This document shows, in pieces, positions 9,663 through 22,454 of a stretch of DNA of 64,000 nucleotides. Under the pieces are notes generated by a model. That model was not told where the DNA came from, ran no database searches, and saw nothing but the letters and a program-made list of their open reading frames with translations. Made by a program: the position numbers and the translations under genes. Source of the DNA: Guillardia theta CCMP2712. Its lineage: Eukaryota > Protista > Cryptophyta. The stretch's first letter is position 1, and each line of letters starts with the position of its first letter. The stretch covers positions 2,402-66,401 of the forward strand of contig NW_005434614.1 of assembly GCF_000315625.1 (NCBI RefSeq), given 5' to 3'.

Positions 9663-12600
9663 ATGGCTAGCTCTATCCTCGATCCCCTCATCAACTTTTC
9701 AGCGTCCGTCGACAAGGCGGTAGCGTCATACTTGGAGAGATGGGGAAGGATTGTAGCCAAGAAACCATGGACAGTTTTCCTGGTCTCCCTTGCTGTGTTT
9801 GTTATCTTCGTGTCAGGAGTGTCCAAGTCAAAGCAAGAGACTGAGACTGAGAACCTGTGGACACCGTCTGGCTCACAGGTGCTCAAGGACAAGGATTTCT
9901 ACACTGAGATGTTCGGGTCGGGCTTCAGGGTCGAGACTATTTTCTTCAAGAGCAAGACGGGCTCCAACGTACTCACGTCCGAGCACTTCAAGGAGGTCTA
10001 TGACTTCGACACAAAGCTCCGACGCGACCTCGTTGTGCTGGTTGACGACGTGCCGTACAACTTCACCTCCATCTGCGCCAAGGCGAGGCCAGGCGACAAC
10101 TTTTGCCTCACTGGCGGCAGTCCGCTAGAGTTCATGTACGACATGGGCAGCCATCGCTTCGACTTCAACCTGATCGACACCGACGCCAAGTTGCTCTCCA
10201 GGATCAACACGGCCCAGCTCGTCTTCACCCCTTCCGACAGCCAGAAGCCTGTTGTTCTGGACATCTCGGATCGCCAGAAGCTGCTGGCTGGGAAGGAGTA
10301 CAAGGACGGCAAGATCGTCAGTGCCAACACGCTGAAGGTGACCTGGTTCGCGTCCAGGGCCAACGATACAAACCGTGGAGACTCCAACTGCTACAACTCG
10401 GTCACAAACCCCAAGGGCAAGAAGGGCTGCAACCCGACACTGGTGTGGGAGGGGAAGTTCCTGGAGGAGGTGGAGAAGTGGAACCAACAGAGCAAGCACG
10501 TCAAGGCCTACGTCCAGGTAGAGAGCTCGATCAGTAGGGTGCTGAGCGGAATCATCGGGGGCGACATCATCCAGCTCAACATTGGCATCGCGCTCATCGT
10601 AATTTACGCCATCCTCGTCCTCGGCAAGTTCCACCCTGTGCTCAGCCGCTCCGCCGTCGCCTTCTCCGGCGTCGCGTCCGTCGGGCTCGCAATCGGCGCC
10701 ACCTATGGGATCTGCGGCTATGCAAACATCCCGCAAACTCCAGTGACGACTCTGCTCCCCTTCATCTTGCTGGGTATTGGCGTGGACGACATGTTCGTGC
10801 TGGCAGGCGCGCTGGATCGGGCTCCCCGACACCATAGCCTTGAGGACAGGATTGCGTACATGATGAAGAGCGCAGGGTCGTCGATCACGCTGACGAGCAT
10901 GACAGACATGCTCGCCTTCGCTCTTGGGACCATCACAACTTTTCCAGCCCTGCGCTACTTCTGCTCCTACGCGGCGATCGGCATCGTTCTCGACTACTTC
11001 TTCCAGATCACCATCTTCTCTGCCTGCATCGTGTGGGACGAGCAGAGAATTATGGCGCAAGGGAGAGACTGCTTCTGCTTCTGCGCCCCTTGCGCTAAGA
11101 AAGGGTCGAGCTGCACCTGCTGCTACGTCGAGGAGGAGGAGATGAGCAAGTCGTGCTGTAACGACCGCTGCTGCATGCGGGAGGGAGGCTACCTCCGCTA
11201 CTTCATCGCGGAGTACTATGCTCCCCTCCTCACCAACCTCTACTTCAAGATCGGCACCATCCTCGTCTTCATGGGACTGCTCGCCGTGGGGGCCTACGGC
11301 CTGACTCAGCTGGGGGAGGACTTCAGCCTGAGCTACTTCGTTCCCAGCGACAACCCTCTTCAAGAAGTCTTCAAGATCCGCGACGAGGAGTTCAGGACAG
11401 GAGGGATCAAAGTTGATGTCTTGATGGACCATCGCAAGCAGCCGGCGGCCTACGGCCTCCACACGGCCAAGACCAAGGAGGAGGTGAAGAAGATAGAGTC
11501 CTCTGTGGACACGTTTGCCTGGACGGTCAAGAACACCATGAGCAACCCGCTCACCAACTTCTCCTCCTTCGTCTACGACTTCCAGCTCAACCCCTCCCTC
11601 TTTTACGTCCCTTCTGCCGCCGCAAACTTGTCAACGCCGGCGTCCTGGCAGAAGCTGAGAAGCAGCGAGTACATGGATGGGGCGGACAAGCTCGAGACGA
11701 TGCAGATCAAGGACCCGAAGCTCTTCTACGACGTCTTCCACCACTGGCTCACCACCCCCTCCGGTGCCGCCTTCAGGGGGTACGTCAGCCCCTACGAGTG
11801 GTACGAGAAGTTCATCAGTTGGATCGAACTGCAGCCCCAGAAGAGGAACGTGTACAAGTACGAGCAGCAGGAGGTAGTCCTGGACAAGACCCCAGCTCCA
11901 GGAGGCAACAGCATCCACCCCTCTACCTACCGCCCGAAGGACCCCGTCCTCTTCTGCTCCCTCCTCAAGTACTTCCTCTCCACGAACCAGACTCTGGCCG
12001 ACCAGGTGAAGAACCTTGGGGATTCGCCCAGATGCTACCCAGAAGGGGGGGACGTGCAGGTCCACAGGATGAACGTGGAGATGAAGTGCAGGCTGGACCC
12101 CGGGCCCTGTCCCAAGTCGAACGCGAGCGCAGAGGTTGAGATCATGACGGGGATACGTAACAAGGTGAAGGAGGCGCCAGACGGTCTGCATCCCATCGCC
12201 TACTCCTTCTCCTTCCTCTACACGGAGCAGTACGCCGTCGTCCGAACGGAGGCGTTTTCCAACCTTGGCTTCTCCATCGCCGCTGTCGCCGCCGTCACGT
12301 TCGTTCTGATCGCCCACCCGCTGACGTCGCTTCTCGTCATCATCAACGTCGCAATGGTCCTGGTGGACATCACTGGGCTCATGTGGCTATGGAACGTCAC
12401 CATCAACTCCGTCTCCATCATCAACCTCGTCCTCGCCATCGGCCTCGCCGTCGACTACTCCGCGCATGTCGCCCATGCCTTCATGTCCGCCACGGGGACA
12501 CGCGACGAGCGAGTCAAGAAGGCGATGGAGGAGATGGGAGCTGATGTAATCCATGGCGCCCTCTCCACCTTCGTTGCTGTGCTGGTAACAGCTCCATCCA

Positions 12601-13164
12601 AGTCCTACATCTTCCAGATGTTCTTCAAGCAGGTGCCTTGACCCCCGTCCTCATGTCGTCCTTGCGCTCTATGTATCCTTTGACGTTGCTCCTGCTCCTC
12701 CTGCTCCTGCTCCTCCTGCTCCAGCTCCTCCTGCTCCTCCTGCTCCTGCTCCTCCTGCTCCAGCTCCTCCTGCTCCAGCTCTCGACCCTCATTGTTTTCC
12801 GCTGTCTGACAGACTGTCCTTTGTCCTACCTCTCGCCTCCTCGCCTCTCTCTTTATCTTCATCTGACTCTCCTCAGTTCTTCGGCATTTGCTTCTTCGGC
12901 GCTCTCCACGGCCTCTGCTTCCTCCCCGTCATCCTCTCCTTCATCGGCCCCAAGAGCCATCGCGAGGAGTACGTCACCGACACCAAGGAGGAGGGCGAGG
13001 CCGGAGTCAGCAAGCAGCCGGCGCTGTCGGTGGGTGCAGGAGTGTCCTCTCTTCCTCCTCTGAAGCTCTGGCAGTACGTCAACTCGATGGAGAAGAGCGA
13101 CGCCGTCTCGATCCCCAACATGGACATCGGAAACGTTCGGAGAGCTGCGAACCAGTCAGAGTAG
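9663..13164 (+). CDS. Patched/NPC1-family (RND) sterol-sensing-domain membrane protein
   Basis: ENLWTPSGS, SSD LLPFILLGIGVDDMFVL, GSSITLTSMTD, AIGLAVDYSAH. After an intron starting ~12633 the reading continues FFGICFFGALHGLCFLPVILSFIGP. Stop TAG at 13162-13164. Confidence 0.93.
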
Positions 13165-13475
13165 GAGGAGGTGTCATCATGGTTGTGGATGTGACTTTTG
13201 AGTGTGATGCTGGTGTGCGGAAATTTTGGGTGTTTTGTGTGTGTGTGTCTCTTGGAAATCAACAGGACGACGCTTGATTGCTGGCATTTGTAACTGTAGC
13301 TACTGATTATGAACAGAAATAAACAACATCTTTATGTGTTATTACACACCGTTTCTGCATGATACCGACAAGATTTCAGAGGAGATGGCAAGACGATTAG
13401 TTCTTTTCTTTTAATCGTTGAAAACAAAAAGATTGATGGGTGGTAAGGCAGTACATGAGAGGTAGAGAAGCTAGT

Positions 13476-14906
13476 TTAACGATCAGCGGAAGTGGCAAAC
13501 TTGACAGGACCGTCAGAGTTTGGAGCAAGGAGAACTCCAAGACAGTGCCTGCACAACAACAGGGTCAGGAGCTCTGATGAGAGGACACAATAACAGCAGC
13601 AGCAGCAGCAGCAGCAGCAAGACACAGGAAAGACACAGAGAAGAAGAACGCAACACAATGAAAAGGTGAACTTCCAACACATGTACAACCATCTTTTCAC
13701 ATTGAGGAGATTTAAGGAAAGCAAGAATACAAGAGAGACACTGGAAGGCTGTTTGACGATACCTTGCTTCCATCTCAGTGTGGAGGTGAGATGTGCAGAA
13801 ATCCAAGGCGAACGCCCTCTGCTTCCTCTCCTGCACAGAAAATTGTGAGAAGGTTGAGACGGTAAGGAGCGAGAGAGTCTGAGGGACCAAGCGAGGAAGG
13901 GAGGAGCGAGATGGCAAGGAAAAGGACAGTGCATATTGATTAAAAAGGAAGGAAATTATTGATGCCCGCATTGAAAGGGAAGATTCAAAAGATAGAAAGA
14001 TAAGGAGAAGTTCGAAAAGAAAATAAGGAATGAAAGATGAACAGGGAGAACGTTCTGGTAAAAGAGATACACGACAAGACATTGAATCAAGTTTAGAAGC
14101 ATGGGGTTCATCACAGATAGGTGTACTATTGATGTAAAGATGACAAGGATGTCATTCAACAAGAGAAATGAATATGACTGCTGTGTTGCAAGCTAACAGG
14201 AAATCCAAGAAATCGAGGTTGAGAGTGCATTGCTTTCAAAGAAACAGGTGTCGTACAGATATGGAGAGGAGGTTTACACGTAAATGAAAATGAGAGAACG
14301 TCAACGCAATCTGAAGATACAAAGACTGAGAGGCAAGACAGTTTTCCCTAGGTCAGCCATAATCTGGCCAGCCCGAGATGAAGCGTCAAGCCATGGAGGC
14401 GAGAACGGATGAATTACAGGCACAGGAAGCATGCAGATGACAGCGAAAAGGAAGAATGATGTCGGAGAGAAGAGACATGGCTCAAATTTGGAACAAGCAC
14501 AGCACAAGATGTACTAGGGTGAGGGGTCATGCAACAGGAGCAAAGCAGATATGGAGAACAACAATGAAAGGGAAGGGTTAATAAGAGATAGAAGATATGA
14601 AATGAAAAACGGCAGGAAGGATTCAAGCCAAAAAGGATGATGAAGTCGAATGAGCGGACAAAAAGACAAATCCAACACAAGATAGATGCTTTGACGACGC
14701 AAACGGTGGAACCTAATATGCTAACGAGAATGTGGAGCAAGAGAAGGAGGAGAAGAAGGACAAGAACGATGGCAGATTGTGATCAGGAGGATCATGAGGA
14801 TCATGAGGAGCTTACGCCGAAGGTGGCGGGGTCGATGAGCATGGTGGTCTGAAGCAGCTGAAACATGGCAGGCGCCGCGATCTATTTCCGGTTGGAGGGG
14901 CACCAT
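13476..14906 (-). CDS. Small multi-exon hypothetical protein
   Basis: Exons with canonical sites, e.g. CAG|ERKQRAFALDFCTSHLHTEMEAR|GTATC joined to HCLGVLLAPNSDGPVKFATSADR*. First exon ends at GTAAG near 14815. Confidence 0.4.
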
Positions 14907-15251
14907 CCTTATAACAGGGGTCCTTGTATAGAGAGATAGGGGTACTCGACAAATGGGAAAAACTCAGTGGAGATGGACTCCTGCTTCCCAAGCAATTTGG
15001 CCGGCCCGCCGGCCCGTTATCAGAGCGTTACTGAAGAATTCTGCGTATGAGGGTGATGAGCAACGCCCTAAGAGCTTTCGGGAAATCGAGGATCGCTAGG
15101 GAGGAAAGGAGGATAGGAATCTAGTGGAAGGAAGAGGAGCGAGTCTACAAGAGCAGGAGGACGAGATCGACAAGGACGTCGAGCCGAGAAGACAAGGCGC
15201 AGGGAGATCTCGGAGACCTCTCCGATGAAACTCTGAGAGCAAAGGAGGGCG

Positions 15252-17640
15252 ATGGGCTTGCGGTACTGCGGCTGGCAATCTACTTCGATAGTGCTGCTCC
15301 TGTTTTGCTGGGGAGCTAGGGGAGAACACGACTCTTGTCGATTCTACCTGGAAGAAATGACTGGGAGAAAGTTTGGCCTTTGCCATTACGGGTTGAACGT
15401 GGAAGGGTCCGGGAGAGGAATCCGAATAGACTTCTTGGAAGACTCAAGACATCTCTTGTCCAAGACGACGATTGAGCATGCAGAGGTTCATTGCAGCATA
15501 GAGATGAAAGGGAACTCTTCCTTCCCTCATCATCAGCTCCCTGCACACTGGGTGTTGTCGTACCAGCCAGCACCCAGTACAACCTTGGAGGAGGTGTACA
15601 TCCCGGTGTACGTTGACTTGATGCACAAGAAAGAGTCTTGTGTGTCGGATGTTCACTTGGGCTACGATAAGATCTTGAGTACGTGGGTAGGAGATGCCAT
15701 GAAGGGATCAGAGCGTCATGGCAGAGCTCTGACCCTCTCTCCCCTTGGCCAGTTCGGAAGTCAGCCAGGTAGCAAGGAGTTTGAAGCTCATTGCGACCTG
15801 GAGGTGCTGCTGGGGAACGATGCTACAGGTGACCCGATGCCTCTGACGTGCTGGTTTGTGACTTGATCCCTTCCCGGCCCTCAGATGTTCTGCAGATCAA
15901 AGAGCAGGTGAGGGAGAGAGATGGAGATTGTCGATAGTGGCGAGGAGAGTGTTGATGGTAGAGGGAATTTAGTCGAGAGAACAGGGAGGGAGGGAGGGAG
16001 GGAGGGAGGGAGGGAGGGAGGGAGGGAGGGAGGGAGGGAGGGAGGGAGGGAGGGAGGGAGGGAGGGAGGGANNNNNNNNNNNNNNNNNNNNNNNNNNNNN
16101 NNNNNNNNNNNNNNNNNNNNNNNNNNNNNNNNNNNNNNNNNNNNNNNNNNNNNNNNNNNNNNNNNNNNNNNNNNNNNNNNNNNNNNNNNNNNNNNNNNNN
16201 NNNNNNNNNNNNNNNNNNNNNNNNNNNNNNNNNNNNNNNNNNNNNNNNNNNNNNNNNNNNNNNNNNNNNNNNNNNNNNNNNNNNNNNNNNNNNNNNNNNN
16301 NNNNNNNNNNNNNNNNNNNNNNNNNNNNNNNNNNNNNNNNNNNNNNNNNNNNNNNNNNNNNNNNNNNNNNNNNNNNNNNNNNNNNNNNNNNNNNNNNNNN
16401 NNNNNNNNNNNNNNNNNNNNNNNNNNNNNNNNNNNNNNNNNNNNNNNNNNNNNNNNNNNNNNNNNNNNNNNNNNNNNNNNNNNNNNNNNNNNNNNNNNNN
16501 NNNNNNNNNNNNNNNNNNNNNNNNNNNNNNNNNNNNNNNNNNNNNNNNNNNNNNNNNNNNNNNNNNNNNNNNNNNNNNNNNNNNNNNNNNNNNNNNNNNN
16601 NNNNNNNNNNNNNNNNNNNNNNNNNNNNNNNNNNNNNNNNNNNNNNNNNNNNNNNNNNNNNNNNNNNNNNNNNNNNNNNNNNNNNNNNNNNNNNNNNNNN
16701 NNNNNNNNNNNNNNNNNNNNNNNNNNNNNNNNNNNNNNNNNNNNNNNNNNNNNNNNNNNNNNNNNNNNNNNNNNNNNNNNNNNNNGATGATGATGATGTT
16801 GGTGGTGGAGATAGAGATGATGATGATGATGATGATGATAGAAGATGATGATGATGATGATGGAGATAGAGAAGAAGAAGATGATGATGATGGAGATGAT
16901 GATGATGACGATGGAATTGATGATGGAGATAATGATGATGGAATTGATGATGATGATGGAAATGATAGAGATGATGATGACGACGACGATGACGACGATG
17001 CTCTTAACAATTCATGATTCATGATTGCAGGATATTGTCCTTGGAATTTCTCATCCGTATCTTGCCTTTGTCCTGCGATCCCTCTCCTCGTCCTCGACCT
17101 CCTCCTCCTCCTCGACCTCCTCCTTGTCCTCGATATCCATGGAAGGAGAAGACACCAACGGCAATTGGTTGTCGTCATGTGAGATTTTTCAATCCTGGAG
17201 CTTCACGGGCAGCGAGGGTGAGAGGAAGAGCATAAGAAGGCGGAAAACTGCCGGGCAAACATGCGCGAGGTGAAAGCAAAAACGTTTCTTGCACATCCCT
17301 GCTGCAGCTTTTATCGCCTTCTTTCGTGTCTGGACCACTTCTACACGTGTTCTTCTTCTCTTCTTCCTGTCCTCCACTTCTTTACTTTATCTACACTTCT
17401 TTACTTCAACCTCACTTGTTTGCCTCAACTTCACTTCATCCTCGTTTCTTCACTTGATGTTGTTCTTGACTTTCGACCAATAGCAAGAGACTGTTTGTGG
17501 GCAATCACAACTTCGCGCAAGTTGTAGCAACAAGCTCACAAAACATCTCATGCGATAACTACAAGGAGCGATTCCTTTGCCGCGAGAGGCAGGACGGAAG
17601 AAAGGAAAATATCTACGACCTTCAGGTCCGAGAGGAGAGG
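15252..17640 (+). CDS. Hypothetical secreted protein, multi-exon, spans the N-gap; 3' end uncertain
   Basis: Signal-peptide-like MGLRYCGWQSTSIVLLLFCWGARG, ~200 codons of complex sequence, further AG/GT-bounded exons at ~17030-17270. Confidence 0.5.
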
Positions 17641-17899
17641 AGGGAGAAGGATGGAATGCAGAGCGCAGGAGGGAGAGAGGAGAGGAGAGGAGGGAGGATG
17701 GAGTGGAGAGCACAGGAGGGAGAGAGGAGAGGAGAGAGGGAGGGAGTGGCAAAGTAGGAGGGTACAGGGGAATGAGAGGAACTGAGGTGGGAAGGAGAGA
17801 GAAGGGAGGGGGATTGAAAGGAGCGGCAGTGGAGGAGTGGGTGGGAAAGTGAAGTAGCATGGGAGAGGATATTGATGATGTTTACAGCCGCTGGAATGG

Positions 17900-18740
17900 G
17901 TTCACTTCCATAAGGGAGGAGGGGATGTAAGGGGAAGGAAAGACCTCAGTATATCCTTCTGGAGACAGGCACTGTCCTCCCTCCCTCCCTCCCTCCTCCC
18001 TCCCTCCTCCCTCCTCCCTCCTCCCTCCTCCCTCCTCCCTCCTCCCTCCCTCCCCCCTCCTCCCTCCTTCTTCCTCCTTCCCTCCTCTCCTCTTTCCTCC
18101 TGTCTCCTGCTTCCTACTTCCTCCTCCTCACTTCTCGCTGTCTGCTTGCTCCTTCCCTCTCTCCCTCTTGCTCCTCTTCCTCTCCCTTCTGTCTCTGCTG
18201 CTGCTGCTCTTCTTCCTGCTCTTGCCATCCTCTCCTTCTTCCTTCTGCTGCTGCTGCTGCTGCTCCTCCTCCTCCTCCTCCTCCCCTTCATCGCACCCCT
18301 TATCTCGTCCTGTTTCTGGACTGAAGTTGAACTCCTGCAGGAGGGAGGAGCAGAGGTAGACAGCGGCATCATGTGCCTTGCAAGAGACATCGGCATCCGA
18401 CCAGGTGCTTTCTTGGACCTGACTTCTCCTCCAGCTCTCCTGCTCTCCTGCTCCATTCCTGCATCCTTCCTCTCTCCCTCTCCCTCTTCTCCTCCCCCTC
18501 CATCCCCCCCCTCCACTCAATCCTCTCTCCCTGCTCTCCCTGCTCTCCCTGCTCTCCCTGCTCTCCCTGCTCTCCCTGCTCTCCCTGCTCTCCTTTTTTC
18601 TCCTCCCTCCTCTCCTCCCTCCCCACTCCTACTCTCCTCATACTTCTCGTCAGATCGATTCTTCTGTGATGATCACCATCTGCTCTTCATCAATTCGAAC
18701 TCAGCCAGAGTCTCCCAGTATGTACATCCTCCTCCTCCAA

Positions 18741-18774
<34 letters not shown>

Positions 18775-19245
18775 ATCCTCATCCTCATCCTCCTCGTCCC
18801 CGTTCTCGTCCTCGTCCTCGTTCTCCTGCTCTTCTCATCTATCCTCCCCACTTTTCTTGCTTCTTCCTCCCTCTCTTCTCTCCTCCTCCAAATCTTTCTC
18901 CCTGATATCAATCAGCTCTCCTCTCCTACCTCGATCTTGCTGGATCTCAACCTCTCTCTACCTACCTTCGCATTCAGTCTTCTCCTCCTCTGAGTTTCTT
19001 TCAGAGTTCTTCCCTTCGCTCGGTTTGACTTCTCTGCCACTTACACTGTCAAGGTGACCAGAACTCATGCTGCTGCTCATCCACCTCCTTTTCCTCCTTC
19101 CCCTCGTCTTGCTCCTCCTCCTCCTCCTCCTCCTCCTCCTCCTCCTCCTCCTCCTGCTACTGCTGTTGATCCTTGATGCAGGCGCTCATTGACTGCTGCG
19201 GAGCATCTTGGCAATCTCACTCCTGCTCGCTAAATGGTGGTTTCC
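17900..19245 (-). CDS. Probable low-complexity (E/K/Q-rich) hypothetical protein
   Basis: Non-repeat segments such as [37 protein letters not shown] between satellite blocks. Exon structure unresolved. Confidence 0.25.
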
Positions 19246-19379
19246 GCGTCAGTCTACTGGCAGCAAGAGGAGGAGGAGGAGGAGGAGGAGGAGGAGGAGG
19301 AGGAGGAGGAGGAGGAGGAGGAGGAGGAGGAGGAGGAGGAGGAGCAGCAGCAGCAGGCGGAGTTCGTCGAGCATCACAA

Positions 19380-19451
19380 ATGCGGTGAGAGAGGATAGAG
19401 ACGAACGTCGGATAATTTGGAACTGGATCTGGTTGCTCCGCTCCTGCTCCA

Positions 19452-19506
<55 letters not shown>

Positions 19507-20615
19507 NNNNNNNNNNNNNNNNNNNNNNNNNNNNNNNNNNNNNNNNNNNNNNNNNNNNNNNNNNNNNNNNNNNNNNNNNNNNNNNNNNNNNNNNNNNNNN
19601 NNNNNNGAGTTCAAAGAGCAGCACGAATGGGGTGAGAGAGGAGAGAGAGGGAGGAAGGAGGAGGAGGAAGTGGAAGTGGTGGAAGTGGTGGAAGTGGAGG
19701 AGGAGGAGGAGGAAGGGAGGAGGAGGAGGAGGAGGAAGGGAGGTGCATAAACGAGGACAGCAGGTCACCTGCCCTGCTTGTCTGCTCCTGGCGCCTTCTG
19801 CTCAGCTCAAATGCTGCCGTGGGGGAAGCGAGGAGAGGCCGAGCTGTGCGGCCCATTCCTCCTCGTTCTCTCTGTAACGAACCTGCAAGGTGACCGTAAG
19901 AGGAAGTATGAGGGGTATGACGAGGGTGGTAGGTACCGGTCCGACGGCGAAGGAAGAACTCAGCATTCAGGATGGAAAGAAGAAGGAGCGGAAGGTGAAG
20001 GAGCAGGAGCGGGAGCGGGAGCAGAGTGGTCTACAGGAGGAAGAGGAAGAGGAGGAAGAGGAGGAGAAGAGGGAGAAGGAGGAGATGGAGAAGGGGGCTC
20101 CTCTCAAACTGGTGTTGGAGAGCAACCGTGCAGGGCAAGCTCACTTTCACAGCCTGCAAGTTTGGTCCTCCTCTCCCTCCTCCTCTTCCTGCTCGCTCCT
20201 CACCGTAGGCAATGAGATGCTGCACTCAGAACGGACACACCGTCTCCTCGATGTCTCTTCGTAGCTAGAACCCCCCTCCCCCCCTTCCTGCTTCACATCC
20301 TCCTCCTTCTCCTCGTCCTTTTTCTCCTCCTCCTCGTCCTCCTCATCATCATCATCATCCTGTTTCGCTTCGTCGTCGTTATCATCCTAGTCACTCTCCC
20401 TCTCCTCCCCTCCCCCTCCTCTCCCCCTTTTCCTCTCCACTCCCTTTTGAATATTCATTCTTTCAATGATGTACATCAACAATTTGCTGATTGACTCGTT
20501 CCTCTTGCCCTTTCCTTATCTCCTTCTTCACCCTTCTCCCTCTCCGCTCCTTTCCTCCCCAGTAGCTCCCCTCCTCCCACTGCTCAAGCTGGGCGCGCAG
20601 CGAGAGACTTCCTGA
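19380..20615 (+). CDS. Probable hypothetical protein, exon structure unresolved
   Basis: Acceptor-preceded segments at ~19890 and ~20210 and ORF 19890-20264, broken by a gap and satellites. Confidence 0.2.
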
Positions 20616-20629
20616 CGTTGTCGATGTCT

Positions 20630-22213
20630 CCGCGACTCAAGGAGCAGACCTAAGGAGCATGTCGATGAAACTGGCAGAGAAGAAGAGAGGAGGGGAGACA
20701 AGCAGAAGAGCGGAGATGAAGAGATGAGGAGATGCGGGGAATGTGGGAAGAGAGGGTAGAAAGGAAGTGTGGGAGGGGGGGAGGTGAAGGAGGGAGGAGG
20801 GAGGAGGGAGGAGGGAGGAGGGAGGAGGGAGGGAGGAGGGAGGAGGGAGGAGGGAGGGAGGAGGAGGGAGGAAGGAGGGAGGAGGAGGGAGGGGGTCGAT
20901 TACTCTTTTCTCCGGCGAGATGCTCTCATCTTGTGAGATTGCTTCGATTTCATCTAGAAAGCTGAGAATTTCTGTGAGGAACCAACTTGACACATCCGAA
21001 CGTCATGACAAACCTGTGCAGGAAGCAAGCCTCCTGCAGTCTGTATGCAAGTCCTCCATCCCTGTACCGAGAAAGATGAGAAGAGAGAGGGACCGGGAGG
21101 AAGAGAACAGAATGAGCGAGGGTAGCGAAGCCAGGGAGCGCGAGTTTGAGGGGAAGAAAGGAGAGAGAAGAGAGAAGAGAGAAGAGAGAAGAGAGAAGAG
21201 AGGAGAGAGAAGAGAGAAGAGAGAGGAGAGAGGAGAGAGGAGAGAGGAGAGAGGAGAGAGGAGAGAGGAGAGAGGAGAGGAGAGAGGAGAACGGAGGGAG
21301 GGAGGGAGAGAGAGAGTGGGGAGCGGTAGGTGGAGGTACTGGGGGAGATGCATGGAGCGAGAAAGGCACATAACAGGGTAGGTTATCTTGGTCGCTTGCA
21401 GTGCTACTGACCTCTTCCTCAACACCTTGATCTGAACTCTCCCATCTTCATCGCTGAGGATCATCCTGACCTCTCCGCCGGTCGGAGGATGCGACTGCGC
21501 AAAGTGTTGAGAGGAGGGCAAGACAGGAGCTCCCTGCGTCAGCAGCGACGGCACAATGCTGGGACAAGTGGGAGGGAAAGAGGAAGGGACGGAGTAGAGC
21601 GACGCAAAGAATGCAGCAAGGAGGAACAGGAACGGCAACGAGCTCTTGTCCATCGTCAGTGAAACATGTCATGATGGTAGCTGCGCGTTCTCTTTCATCG
21701 TTCTCACCGCACAAAGGGACTTATCCGGCAGGTCCCCTTGGAACGTCCAGTCCTCGGATCCCATCATCCACATGGCAAGGTACCTTGACAACCATCAGCA
21801 CAGCAGCATCCCACATTCTCGTCCTCACATGCGGAGGGCGCCAGCCTTTGCAGCGGTGAAGTCGATCGTGAAGATCGACGAGGGGTCTTTCACGCTATCT
21901 CCCTTCTTCTCTTCTTCCTCGGCATCACATCAGTCACCTCACTCTTGCTCGCTCTCTTCCCCCTTCCTCCCCTCCCAGCGCACCCCCCTGCTTCCTCCTC
22001 ACCTTTGCTCCCGAATCCTTTGCTCGCTTCCCCGAATCCTTTCCCGGCCATTATTGTGAACATTCCTCCTCGTCGCACCACAGGGGCAGATCTCGAACAC
22101 ACTGCATGCCGTGATGGGCAGCCAACCAATCCTCCTGACAGCGGACGAAAACCATCGGAAACACCGAGGAGGAGTAGAAAGGTACTGAGTGTGCCGAGGC
22201 TGGTGGGCAGCAT
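20630..22213 (-). CDS. Hypothetical plastid-targeted protein with GKGFG motifs
   Basis: MLPTSLGTLSTFLLLLGVSDG-FRP (signal + Phe transit start), basic transit peptide, MAGKGFGEASKGFGSK, then exons DPSSIFTIDFTAAKAGALR, YLAMWMMGSEDWTFQG, LTEILSFLDEIEAI. Confidence 0.6.
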
Positions 22214-22454
22214 GGTGGATCCTGTAGTATCAACATGAGAACCACCACCACCAGCAGCAGCAGCAGCGGGGAGGGGAACAGGGCAGCAGGGGCAGCAGCA
22301 CAGGACAAGGCAGGGATACAGCACAGAGCAGGGGGAGTGGAGACAAGGGAGCGGCAAAGCAGCGGCCAGGCTGAGGACTAGAGCATAGGCATGGAGTGGG
22401 GGTCGGCATTTTGTGGTTTAGTTCAGAAGGTTTAGTTAAATGTTACTAGTCGGT

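Noticed and set aside
10125-11462. Long antisense ORFs (also 2677-3543, 45650-46237, 59459-60574, 60865-61761)
   Set aside because: Shadows of GC3-rich real genes on the opposite strand.
2605-13164. Lipid/sterol gene cluster (CRAL-TRIO plus NPC1-like)
   Set aside because: Separated by an unrelated gene, and neighbours across the window are functionally unrelated.
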